NCBI GenBank assembly: GCA_041667205.1
Contig: JBAYFL010000003.1
Span: forward strand, 126,325 to 190,324
Origin: Verrucomicrobiia bacterium
Lineage (GTDB): Bacteria; Verrucomicrobiota; Verrucomicrobiia; CAIQCK01
Direction of reading: 5' to 3'
Length of the DNA: 64,000 nt
Below are positions 46,653 to 55,381 of the stretch, in pieces; the first letter of the stretch is position 1; each line of letters opens with the position of its first letter. The notes beneath the pieces were generated by a model. That model was not told the DNA's origin and ran no database searches. It saw nothing but the letters and a program-made list of their open reading frames with translations. A program made the translations under genes and the position numbers.

Positions 46653-46683
46653 CCATCTCCCATCTCCCAACTCCCATCTTCCG
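46653..46683. repeat. Heptanucleotide tandem repeat CCCATCT-CCCATCT-CCCAACT-CCCATCT
   Basis: Intergenic. The same unit set recurs, inverted, inside the CDS at 56275..56306. Confidence 0.8.
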
Positions 46684-46710
46684 CCTCCTCCGCTGCCCGC
46701 CCGCCGCCTC
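46678..46710. repeat. Direct repeat TTCCGCCTCCTCCGC(CG)CTGCCCGCCCGCCG, copy 1
   Basis: Second copy at 47461..47495; together they flank an approximately 750-bp segment. Confidence 0.75.
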
Positions 46711-46961
46711 TCCGTCACATGCCAAGTGTCATGCAACCTGGATGCTTCCAATGCAGCGACGCAAAACCTTTCAGATTGATGGCGGTCGCATCCAACTGCT
46801 ACTCTTTCCCCGGTTCCAACCAGCGCTGAAAGCTTGGAAACACGGAGACAAGGATCATGAAGAGTTCAACATCCGCCTTCTGGCTGACGGGACTCGTTTT
46901 GCTTTGGGGCTTTGGCACACCTGTGGTTGAAGGCGGCTGAGGCCCTCCCTCAAGCGCCGCG

Positions 46962-47402
46962 GTGGTGGCCCGCGTCATCCCGAACACCAAACCCGTCGTG
47001 GTGACTCGCGTGATTCCGCATGGCCCCTTCCTGAGCGGCGTGGTGGTCAGTTTGACCCCCCGATGGCGCACCCTCAGTGTCAGACCTAACGATGCGGCCG
47101 TTGCCCGCATGCTCAACCCCGCTGTCTTTTTCATCGGCGCGGATGCGATGCTCGACCGAAACGGAAAGGCTTGTGAACTGGGGGACATCCAACCCGGCGA
47201 TCCGATTCGCGTGGCGTTCAGGATAGAACCGGGTCCAACGACACATGTGACCGGACTCGAAGCCGGCGATCCCGGCCTCGCCAACGCCGGTCTCGCATTG
47301 CCAGTGACTTCGTCCCAGTTGATTGTGGGTGGCATTGGTTTGGCGATTCTGTTTGTCTTCATGCTCGCGCTGAGGGGCGTGTGGAGGAGCTTCTCCAGCT
47401 AG
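46962..47402 (+). CDS. Hypothetical protein with C-terminal TM anchor (weak call)
   Basis: 146-aa ORF between the direct repeats with a hydrophobic C-terminus. High-GC frame; could be spurious. Confidence 0.25.
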   Translation: MVARVIPNTKPVVVTRVIPHGPFLSGVVVSLTPRWRTLSVRPNDAAVARMLNPAVFFIGADAMLDRNGKACELGDIQPGDPIRVAFRIEPGPTTHVTGLEAGDPGLANAGLALPVTSSQLIVGGIGLAILFVFMLALRGVWRSFSS

Positions 47403-47460
47403 ACGGCCGCCGCGCGAGTTCATCGCGCACGCAAAGCGTCTGACGCCTTTCCTTCTTTCC

Positions 47461-47495
47461 TTCCGCCTCCTCCGCCGCTGCCCGCCCGCCGGCTC
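47461..47495. repeat. Direct repeat, copy 2
   Basis: 31/33 identical to copy 1. Confidence 0.75.
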
Positions 47496-47834
47496 ATCTT
47501 CTGGCTTCACCGTTTGCAAACAAGTCCCGTCGGGCGGAACGACCGATACGACAAGACGTTCGGGCGAGACGCCCGACACTACAACGCTCTCATCGCCTCA
47601 GATGTTCCGCTTCAGGCCGCGGATGAGGCGTCCGGCTTCGGGACCGTTCTCCGCCTGCGGCTACATCATGTAAAGACGAAGAGTGATGAGTGAAATGTTT
47701 CCTCGGCGTTTGTAGCGTCGGCCGTCTCGGCCGAGCCGCAGCAGCGTTAGAATCACACCGCCATCCGCGCCAATCCGTGTTTCATCCGCGGCCAGCAACA
47801 CTGACCTCATACGAGGGATGCGGCCGTCCCGCCC

Positions 47835-48806
47835 CTACTTCCTTCGCGCAGTCTTCTTCTGCCCCGGCTTCTTGCCGCGCTTGGCGCGGGGGGCGGAGGC
47901 TTTGCGCGGGCGGGCGCGCTGGCGCGACTTCAGGAGGGAGATGAGCGTCTCGCCGATGATGGCGGGCGTTTCGGCCACGGCGATGCCGGCGGCCCGCAAC
48001 GCCTCGATCTTCGCGGCGGCGGTGCCTTTGCCACCACTGATGACCGCTCCAGCGTGGCCCATGCGGCGGCCGGGGGGCGCGGTCATGCCGGCGATGTAGG
48101 CGACGACCGGCTTTTTGCAATGTTTGCCGATCCAAGCCGCCGCTTCTTCCTCAGCGCTGCCGCCGATTTCGCCGATGAGGACGATGGAGTCCGTGCCGGG
48201 GTCGTCGTTGAAAAGCTTCACCGCGTCGAGGTGCGAGGTGCCGTTGACCGGGTCGCCGCCGATGCCGATACAGGTGCTCTGGCCGACGCCGCGGGTAGTG
48301 AGCTGCCAGACGGCTTCGTAGGTTAGCGTGCCGCTGCGGCTGATGACGCCGACGCGGCCGGGCTTGTGAATGTAACCGGGCATGATGCCGATCTTGCACT
48401 GGCCGGGCGTGATGATGCCGGGACAGTTCGGGCCGATGAGCCGCACGCCCTTGTGCCCGGCGAGAACGCGCTTCACCTTGACCATGTCGGCGACGGGGAT
48501 GCCCTCGGTAATACAGACGATGAGCCGGATGCCCGCGTCGGCCGCTTCGAGGATGGCGTCGCCCGCGAACGCCGCCGGCACAAAGATGCACGTGGCGTTG
48601 GCGCCGGCCTGCTTCACCGCTTCGGCGCAGGTATCAAAGACGGGCATTTTGACGCCGTCGAGGTCCACTTCGCCCGCGCGACCGGGCGTGACGCCGCCGA
48701 CGACGTTGCCAGCATACTTGTGGCAATGGGTGGCGTGGAACTTGCCGGCGGAGCCAGTAATGCCTTGGAAGATGACGCGGGTGTTTTTGTCAACGAGGAT
48801 GCTCAT
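47835..48806 (-). CDS. sucD: Succinyl-CoA synthetase alpha subunit with unusual Lys/Arg-rich C-terminal tail
   Basis: Canonical SucD through '...ETLISLLK', then a 30-aa tail '[30 protein letters not shown]'. Confidence 0.9.
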   Translation of the reverse strand: MSILVDKNTRVIFQGITGSAGKFHATHCHKYAGNVVGGVTPGRAGEVDLDGVKMPVFDTCAEAVKQAGANATCIFVPAAFAGDAILEAADAGIRLIVCITEGIPVADMVKVKRVLAGHKGVRLIGPNCPGIITPGQCKIGIMPGYIHKPGRVGVISRSGTLTYEAVWQLTTRGVGQSTCIGIGGDPVNGTSHLDAVKLFNDDPGTDSIVLIGEIGGSAEEEAAAWIGKHCKKPVVAYIAGMTAPPGRRMGHAGAVISGGKGTAAAKIEALRAAGIAVAETPAIIGETLISLLKSRQRARPRKASAPRAKRGKKPGQKKTARRK

Positions 48807-48810
48807 CGTA

Positions 48811-48845
48811 GTGAAGAGTTATGAGTGAAGAGTGAAGAATTATGA
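48811..48845. repeat. GTGAAGA-type short repeat cluster (AGTGAAGAGTTATGAGTGAAGAGTGAAGAATTATGA) in the sucD-sucC spacer
   Basis: Reverse complement of the TCTTCAC/TTCACTC heptamer seen at 29088. A related GAGAGTGAAGAATTA lies at 52975..52995. Confidence 0.6.
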
Positions 48846-50033
48846 TTGCTGGGCAGCGCGCACAACTTTTTCCGCTGCGTCGCCCATGCCGGTGGCGGTG
48901 ATGATCGGCAGGCCGCTGTCCTTCAGCATCTTCCTGCCCTGCTCGACGTTCGTGCCTTCGAGCCGCACGACGAGCGGCACGGGGATGTGAACGGCCTTCG
49001 CAGCGCCGACGATGCCCGCCGCCAGCACGTCGCACTTCATGATGCCGCCAAAGATGTTCACGAGCAGCGCCTTTACGTTCTTGTCGCCGCACAAAAGCTT
49101 AAACGCCGCCGTCACCTGCTCAACGCTCGCGCCGCCTCCAACGTCGAGGAAGTTTGCCGGACTGCCGCCGTAGTGCTTGATGATGTCCATCGTCGCCATC
49201 GCCAGTCCCGCGCCGTTGACCATGCAGCCGATGGTGCCGTCGAGGCCGATGTAGTTCAGGTCGTTCTTGCTCGCCTCAACCTCGCGAGGGTCTTCCTCGT
49301 TCGTGTCGCGCATCGCCGCGATGTCCTTGTGACGGTAGAGCGCGTTGTCGTCGAAGTTGATCTTCGCGTCCATCGCCAGCACGCACGGTTTGCCGTCCGG
49401 CCCGGTCGTGACGACGAGCGGGTTGATCTCCACCAACGAGCAGTCGGACTCCCAGAAGAGCCGATAGACGCTCAGCATCAGCTTCGCGCCGGCGGCGGCC
49501 AGTTCGCCAGTAAGACCGAGCGCGCGGCAGAGTTTGCGCGCCTGGAACGGCATCATGCCGAGCGCGGGGTCCACGACCTCCTTCAAAATCTTCTCCGGCG
49601 TTTTCGCCGCAACGCTTTCGATATCCATGCCACCTTCGGTGCTGGCGATGACCACCGGCCGCGACAACACACGATCCAGCAGCACGGCCAGATACAACTC
49701 GCGCTGCGGCGTAACGGCGTTGACCACGAGCACGCTGCGCACGAGCCGGCCCTGCGCGCCGGTCTGCGGCGTCACCAGCGTCATGCCGATCAGCTTGCGC
49801 GCCGCGGCGACGCATTCCTCACGCGTCCGGGCGAACTTGATGCCGCCACCCTTGCCGCGACCGCCGGCGTGGATTTGCGCCTTGATGACAATCTCCGCAC
49901 CCGATCCGAACGCGGCGACGATCTCGTCGTAACGCGCGCCCGCCTCCTCCGGCGTGCGCGCCACGCCGCCAGACTGGACCATGACGCCAAATTGCCGGAA
50001 CAGTTCCTTCGCTTGATATTCGTGGATATTCAT
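48840..50033 (-). CDS. sucC: Succinyl-CoA synthetase beta subunit (ADP-forming)
   Basis: '[17 protein letters not shown]' ATP-grasp N-terminus and full-length SucC. Confidence 0.9.
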   Translation of the reverse strand: MNIHEYQAKELFRQFGVMVQSGGVARTPEEAGARYDEIVAAFGSGAEIVIKAQIHAGGRGKGGGIKFARTREECVAAARKLIGMTLVTPQTGAQGRLVRSVLVVNAVTPQRELYLAVLLDRVLSRPVVIASTEGGMDIESVAAKTPEKILKEVVDPALGMMPFQARKLCRALGLTGELAAAGAKLMLSVYRLFWESDCSLVEINPLVVTTGPDGKPCVLAMDAKINFDDNALYRHKDIAAMRDTNEEDPREVEASKNDLNYIGLDGTIGCMVNGAGLAMATMDIIKHYGGSPANFLDVGGGASVEQVTAAFKLLCGDKNVKALLVNIFGGIMKCDVLAAGIVGAAKAVHIPVPLVVRLEGTNVEQGRKMLKDSGLPIITATGMGDAAEKVVRAAQQS

Positions 50034-50119
50034 CGGTTACCTAAGCACCGCAACGGTCACGCCATTGCACAAAGTTCGCGGAATCTAACACACCTCCACC
50101 ATTCCGCAACCGAAGGTTG

Positions 50120-50160
50120 AAAAAAAGCCCGCGCATTGTGGTGCGCGGGCCTTTTCGTTT
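50120..50160 (-). terminator. Bidirectional Rho-independent terminator (GCCCGCGCA-N6-TGCGCGGGC flanked by A7 / T-rich)
   Basis: 9-bp GC stem. On the minus strand it is followed by TTTTTTT, directly downstream of the lsrF-like/dhaKL operon. Confidence 0.7.
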
Positions 50161-50188
50161 GCGAACTGTTCGCGTGCGACAACCGGGA

Positions 50189-51070
50189 TTACTTCTTCTT
50201 GTTCTTGATCGTCTGATAGAGGTCGAACGCTGCCTTCGGTTTCAGGTTGTCATGCACAACGCCGCGCACGGCCTGGATCATCGCGACGGGATGCTCGGCC
50301 TGGAACACGTTGCGGCCCATGTCCATGCCCGCGGCACCCTGGTCAATCGCCTCGTAGGCCATCTGGAGCGCTTCGAGTTCCGGTAGTTTCTTGCCGCCGG
50401 CGACGACGATCGGCACCGGGCAGGCTGCGGCGACCTTCTCGAAGCCGGGCTTGCAGTAGTAGGTCTTCACGACGTGCGCGCCATTCTCCGCGATCACCCG
50501 CGTCGCAAGTCCGAGGTAACGCGCGTCGCGCACCAGTTCCTTGCCAACGGCGTTCACGCCGAGCGTGGGGATGCCGACGCGGTTGCCGGCGTCAATCAGT
50601 TGCGTGAGGTTGCGGATCGTCAGCGCCTCGAACTTGCCGCCGATGGCCACCATCGCAGCCATCAAACAGGCGTTCAGCCGGATGGACTCCTCGATGTCCA
50701 TGACACACTCGTCGTTCAGGTCGGTCAGGATGGTCGAGCCGGCTGAAACGCGCAAAGCGACGGGTTTGTTCGAGGTGGGCGGCACGATCTGCCGCAACGC
50801 GCCGCGCGTGCACATGATGCAGTCGGCGTAGGGAATCAGCGGCGTGATCGTCAAGTCCATGCGCTCCAAGCCAGAGGTCGGGCCCATGATGTAGCCGTGG
50901 TCGAACGCCAGCATGACGGTGCGGCCACTCTTGGGGTTGAAGACGCGCGAGAGGCGGTCTTTCATGCCCCACTCAACGTGTCCGAGGCCCTTAAGGAAAA
51001 ATCCTTCGGTCTTCTGCGGAACGCCAATTCCGTAATCCTTGGCTTCTTGGTTTCCTGCTGCTTCTGCCAT
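50189..51070 (-). CDS. Class I aldolase of the LsrF/DhnA (FbaB) family
   Basis: Near-colinear with LsrF: 'TVMLAFDHGY', 'IVPPTSNKP', 'VKTYYCKPGFEKVAAACPVPIVVAGGKK', 'GAAGMDMGRNVFQ'. Confidence 0.75.
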   Translation of the reverse strand: MAEAAGNQEAKDYGIGVPQKTEGFFLKGLGHVEWGMKDRLSRVFNPKSGRTVMLAFDHGYIMGPTSGLERMDLTITPLIPYADCIMCTRGALRQIVPPTSNKPVALRVSAGSTILTDLNDECVMDIEESIRLNACLMAAMVAIGGKFEALTIRNLTQLIDAGNRVGIPTLGVNAVGKELVRDARYLGLATRVIAENGAHVVKTYYCKPGFEKVAAACPVPIVVAGGKKLPELEALQMAYEAIDQGAAGMDMGRNVFQAEHPVAMIQAVRGVVHDNLKPKAAFDLYQTIKNKKK

Positions 51071-51165
51071 GTTCGTTACTCCTGTTTGTGTCTATTTGAT
51101 TTGTAACGCGGACACTCTTGTCCGCGCCGTTCCGATGAAGCGGACAAGAGTGTCCGCGTTACGCT

Positions 51166-51816
51166 CTACTGCACTGCTTCTGCGAAACCCGCAAAAATGT
51201 AAGAGATCGAAGTCGCGCCGGGATCGGCGTGGCCGAGCGTGCGGTCGCCGAGGTTGCGGGCGCGACCGAACTTCGCCGTCATGTCTTTCGTGGCCTGCAC
51301 GCCACGCGACGCGGCCTCCGCGGCCTGGCGAAACGCTACGGAGACATCCGCGCCGCTGCCAGCGGCAGCGCGCAACGCGTCCACCGACGGCACGAGCGCG
51401 TCAATCATCGTCTTGTCGCCGGGCTGCGCTTTCGTCTGCTGGCGCAATCCCGCCACGCCGGCCTCGAACATCGTCGCGACCGCCGCCACATCCAGTTCCG
51501 CCGCGCTGCCCGCGCCTTCGCTCAAGCCAATGAAGAAAGAGCCGAGCAACGGGCTGGTCGAGCCGCCGTCCACGCTCATCACGTCCCAACCGACCTTGTT
51601 GAGCAACTCGGCGATCTTGCCGCTGGTGTCGCCTTTCGCGGCAGCTTCGGCAGCGTCCATCACGCGGCAGATGGTCATTCCATGGTCGCCGTCACCGGTG
51701 GCGGAATCGAGTGCCGAGAGTTCTTTCTCCGCGGCGCGAATTTTTCCCGCGGCGACTTCGATCATGCGGACGATGACATTTGAACCGATGGTTTGCATAT
51801 CTTGGTAACCCGCCAC
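51166..51816 (-). CDS. dhaL: Dihydroxyacetone kinase ADP-binding subunit
   Basis: 'DSATGDGDHGMT', 'AQPGDKTMIDALVPS', 'GHADPGATS' DhaL motifs. Confidence 0.8.
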   Translation of the reverse strand: MAGYQDMQTIGSNVIVRMIEVAAGKIRAAEKELSALDSATGDGDHGMTICRVMDAAEAAAKGDTSGKIAELLNKVGWDVMSVDGGSTSPLLGSFFIGLSEGAGSAAELDVAAVATMFEAGVAGLRQQTKAQPGDKTMIDALVPSVDALRAAAGSGADVSVAFRQAAEAASRGVQATKDMTAKFGRARNLGDRTLGHADPGATSISYIFAGFAEAVQ

Positions 51817-51857
51817 TCCGTGGCGGTTCGCCCGCGACGGAGTCGCGGGTTACTGAG

Positions 51858-52859
51858 TTATCTCACCGTCATATACGGCGCGTCGCAGGGCGCGTCCCAA
51901 TACTTCAGCATCTCGTCATCCATCTTCGCGACGAACATCTGGAAGCCGCCCATCTCCTGCACTGTCAGGTATTCGCCGACGCGGGCGCGCGCCAGCACGA
52001 CGCCTTTCTGCGCGAGCACCTGCCCGACACGGCGCATGACAATGAACTGCTCCATCAGCGTCGTCGAGCCGGCGCCGTTGATGATCACCAGCACCTTGTC
52101 GCCCGCCTTGGCTTTGACGGCTTCGATCAACTGCGTCACCATGATCTCCGCCGTCTCGTTGGCGCTCTTCATCTTCGAGCGTCCCGTGCCGGCCTCGCCG
52201 TGCTGGCCCATGCCTATCTCCATCTCGTCGTCGGCCAGCGCGAAGATGGACTGGCCGCTCGCCGGATGCGTCGCCGTCGTCAACGCCACCGCGAGCGTGG
52301 CCATGTTGTTGTTGAACCGCTCCGCCAGCGCGAGCACCTCGTCGAGGCTCTTGCCAGCCTCCGCGGCGGCGCCGGCGATCTTGTAAAGCGGGATGCAGCC
52401 AACGAGACCGCGGCGGTTCTCGGCGGGAGCGTTCGCGCCGGGAGCGATGTCCTCGTGCGTGAGGATGCTCTTGACGTTGAGGCCCGCTTTCTTGGCCATC
52501 TGCATGGCGATGTTCGAACTCATCACGTCGCCCGCGTGGTTGAGCACCACCAGCAATGTCCCCGCCGGGCGGTTGACCTGCTTGAGCGCGTCGAACACCT
52601 TCGGCGCGGCGGGCGCGGCAAAGATGTCGCCCACGACGCTGATATCGAGCATGCCCTCACCGACGAACCCGCTGAGCGCCGGCTCGTGGCCCGCGCCGCC
52701 GAGCGTGACCAGCGCCACCTTCGACGGGTCCTTCGCACGCGCGCGGCAGACGAGTTTCTCGTTCTTCAACGCCACCTTGTCGCTGTAAGCGAGGGCAAAG
52801 CCCTCCAGCAACTCCGGCGTGAGGTTCTTCGGGTCGTTGATAAATTTCTTCATAGCCAT
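51858..52859 (-). CDS. dhaK: Dihydroxyacetone kinase dihydroxyacetone-binding subunit
   Basis: 'MKKFINDP', 'KVALVTLGGAGHEP', 'MGQHGEAG' (active-site His) colinear with E. coli DhaK. GGAGAA RBS. Confidence 0.85.
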   Translation of the reverse strand: MAMKKFINDPKNLTPELLEGFALAYSDKVALKNEKLVCRARAKDPSKVALVTLGGAGHEPALSGFVGEGMLDISVVGDIFAAPAAPKVFDALKQVNRPAGTLLVVLNHAGDVMSSNIAMQMAKKAGLNVKSILTHEDIAPGANAPAENRRGLVGCIPLYKIAGAAAEAGKSLDEVLALAERFNNNMATLAVALTTATHPASGQSIFALADDEMEIGMGQHGEAGTGRSKMKSANETAEIMVTQLIEAVKAKAGDKVLVIINGAGSTTLMEQFIVMRRVGQVLAQKGVVLARARVGEYLTVQEMGGFQMFVAKMDDEMLKYWDAPCDAPYMTVR

Positions 52860-53059
52860 GGCTGTTGTTCTCCTCTGCTAGTCGTGTTCCGCGTCAGGAA
52901 AAGCGCCCGTGTTCTTACAAGGTTCCACCGCCGATGCCAAGCGCAGTTTCAACAGGAAAATTAAGAGTTCAGAATTGAGAGTGAAGAATTACAGACACGA
53001 AAAGAGCGCAAAGATCCCGGAACTCTTAACTTCTCATTCTTAATTCTCCGTCGCCCTAC

Positions 53060-54007
53060 CTACCTCTCTCCCGCCATCGCCTTGCCGCTGGCGTCCAGCT
53101 TCTGCACGGCCATCATCGTGCCGGCGAGCTTCGGGTCGGACAGGTGCCAGACGAGTTTCTTGTCGCGCGTGATCTCCAACAAGCCGGAGCCAATGGTGGC
53201 GCAAGCTTCCTGCTTGCGGTCATTGGGATTCGCAAGCTGGAAGCTTGCGCCACTCTTTTCGTAAGCGCGATAGCAACCGGTGACGATGTTGCCGTTGGGC
53301 AACAGGTGCAGAGCGGTCATGTTGGTGATCTTCACGCCGGGGATGTCGGTGTTGGCGAACTCCCAAACCACCTTGCCGGCGGCGTCGAACTCCAGCAGCC
53401 TGGCCAGCGACGAGACAAGCGTGGTTCCCTTCCCCGTGCGGACGGCGGCGAAGGCGATGGCGGGCGTCTTAAGTTCGAGGACGACGTCGCCCTTGGGCGT
53501 GTATTCCTTCACCACGTGCGCGCCGGAATGGCAGACAAGATAATTGCCGTTCTTGAGCTTGCGAGCCATGCGCATGTTGTGATGCGCGCCGACCGTAGCC
53601 GGCTGGGTCTGCAACTCGAACACCACCTTGCCGGCCGCATCCGCCTCCAGCACCTTGCCGGTGGAGTTCTCGCCGACGAGCGTGTTGCCGTTGTCGAGCC
53701 GCTGGCAGGAAAAGGTGCCGCCGCCTTTTTGCTCGGGCGATTTGTATTGGAAGACGACCTTGTGGTCGGGTGTCACCTCCGTCACCGTCGCGCCGTCGGC
53801 AAAAAGGACGTTGCCGTTCGACAGCATCCATGCGTCGTGAGTGAGCGCCGTCGGATGCTCCCACTCCACCGCGCCGGCCGCCGACAGAATCATAACCCTT
53901 CGGTCGCCCGCGGCGAGCAACTGCCCGCCGACCTCACCCGTAATGCCCACCCCGCAGCACACCGCCGCCGTCCACAACCACGCCATCACCTGTTTCATCA
54001 TCCCCAA
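53060..54007 (-). CDS. Secreted beta-propeller hypothetical protein
   Basis: Signal peptide, then repeated 'GK.VFEL/WEF' blade-like repeats; no catalytic motif. Confidence 0.45.
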   Translation of the reverse strand: MGMMKQVMAWLWTAAVCCGVGITGEVGGQLLAAGDRRVMILSAAGAVEWEHPTALTHDAWMLSNGNVLFADGATVTEVTPDHKVVFQYKSPEQKGGGTFSCQRLDNGNTLVGENSTGKVLEADAAGKVVFELQTQPATVGAHHNMRMARKLKNGNYLVCHSGAHVVKEYTPKGDVVLELKTPAIAFAAVRTGKGTTLVSSLARLLEFDAAGKVVWEFANTDIPGVKITNMTALHLLPNGNIVTGCYRAYEKSGASFQLANPNDRKQEACATIGSGLLEITRDKKLVWHLSDPKLAGTMMAVQKLDASGKAMAGER

Positions 54008-54102
54008 CCGTTATCGGATTTCGCGAAAGAAGTCAGGCACAGCTTTCACCACCATCCGTGCTGGCTTCGACTAATACGCATTCTCCATCAGATAATGTCA
54101 TT

Positions 54103-54954
54103 CTACTGTCCATGTTTCTTGCGGAATGGAAAATCTAAAGGACCGCTGGGCGTAAATAATCGTATGGCAAGATTGTATTCAGTATCTGATGGAACATTTT
54201 TATCATTTGCCCCGAAACGAGCGAATATTTTGACCCACGCTCCGGGTAACAACTGATATGCTGACTCAGCAAGATGTAGTTTGTGATCAGGTGGCACTGA
54301 GAAAGCCTGGGTAGAAATATATTCGTCCCCAAAAAGCCTAGGACTCAACCTGTGCAAATACCAACCGGCAGGGGCTACTATGCCAAACTGGAAATCTTGA
54401 ATTTGGATAGTTCGTTCTTCCGAATTCTTGATAGAAACGTCGAATCCAGACCAGTGTGGCTGTTCTTGTGTGCTTTCAACCAGAGGATTCGCAACTATTC
54501 GAGTTCCGTTAACAAAACACTCTAATGTTGGATTAAAGAACCGTTTAGCCTCCTTTGGATTCTCCACAAACCATTTAACGCGTTTGAAAAGCTCAGACTT
54601 CAAATCGGTGATGCGATTATCGTGGACGATGTGAGGATAATGTTTGAGATCAAACGGGATATCATCAGCTTTTGCAGTTAGAAGAATAACGCGCTTCCCC
54701 AGAGCGTGCGCATACCCAACCTCATAGAACACGTTCGGATTACGACCTGTCATTTCCGCAATAATTAAGTCTGCCTTTGCAATCTGGTTGTAAACTCTTT
54801 GCAGGATGCTCTCCTCAAAAATCTGCTCGTCAACACGTTCGCAATGGGCGTCAGCATCACCGCAAGCCGCCTTGATGCCGAGTTCATAAAGGTCGTCGAA
54901 GAATTTCTCAAACGGCATCAGTGTGAAAACGAATGGTTTTGGCTGAGTTTCCAT
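54103..54954 (-). CDS. Nucleoside 2-deoxyribosyltransferase-like (NDT/TIR flavodoxin-fold) domain protein with unknown C-terminal domain; candidate defence effector
   Basis: Residues 1-120: 'FVFTLMPF..' and 'ADLIIAEMTGRNPNVFYEVGYAHALGKRVILL' (NDT core with conserved Glu). Gene GC is about 45% against about 64% flanks. Confidence 0.5.
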   Translation of the reverse strand: METQPKPFVFTLMPFEKFFDDLYELGIKAACGDADAHCERVDEQIFEESILQRVYNQIAKADLIIAEMTGRNPNVFYEVGYAHALGKRVILLTAKADDIPFDLKHYPHIVHDNRITDLKSELFKRVKWFVENPKEAKRFFNPTLECFVNGTRIVANPLVESTQEQPHWSGFDVSIKNSEERTIQIQDFQFGIVAPAGWYLHRLSPRLFGDEYISTQAFSVPPDHKLHLAESAYQLLPGAWVKIFARFGANDKNVPSDTEYNLAIRLFTPSGPLDFPFRKKHGQ

Positions 54955-55381
54955 AATTCGGAGCGATTAATAGTTTGCCGTGCTTAGGGCGACGGTGAAG
55001 CTGCTGTTGGTGGTGATGCCGGCTTGCCGCCAGTGGGCGTCGTTCGTGGGGCCGGCGTCTATGACCTCGCCGTTATGGAGTTGGCTTGGATCGAAGATTG
55101 GCATGTCTCGGCCCTTTCCTCATGGGCGGTTTCTACCGCAGCAGGCGAAGAAATGGAAACAAATTCTCCGCCCCGAAAAATGCGAAAGGACGCGAAAGGG
55201 GGGAAGCTGTCAGTTGTCGGCTGTCAGCTTTCAGCTTTGGGCAAGCGACGGTCGGAGACCGCCGGCGTAGGCCGGGTCCCCGACCCGGCGTAACCGTCAT
55301 CGCCACGTGTGGGCACGTGGCCTACAACGAGATCGGCGGTCATAGACCGCCGCTACAGGATCGGCTGACGGCTGATTCTCG

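Noticed and set aside
55205-55330. GCTGTCAG direct repeats and CCACGTG-N4-CACGTGG / GCCGGGTC-N3-GACCCGGC hairpins downstream of the giant gene
   Set aside because: Probably simple terminator-like structures in the 3' UTR of 55382..59383. No T-tract, and no similarity to CRISPR repeats or a mobile-element terminus.
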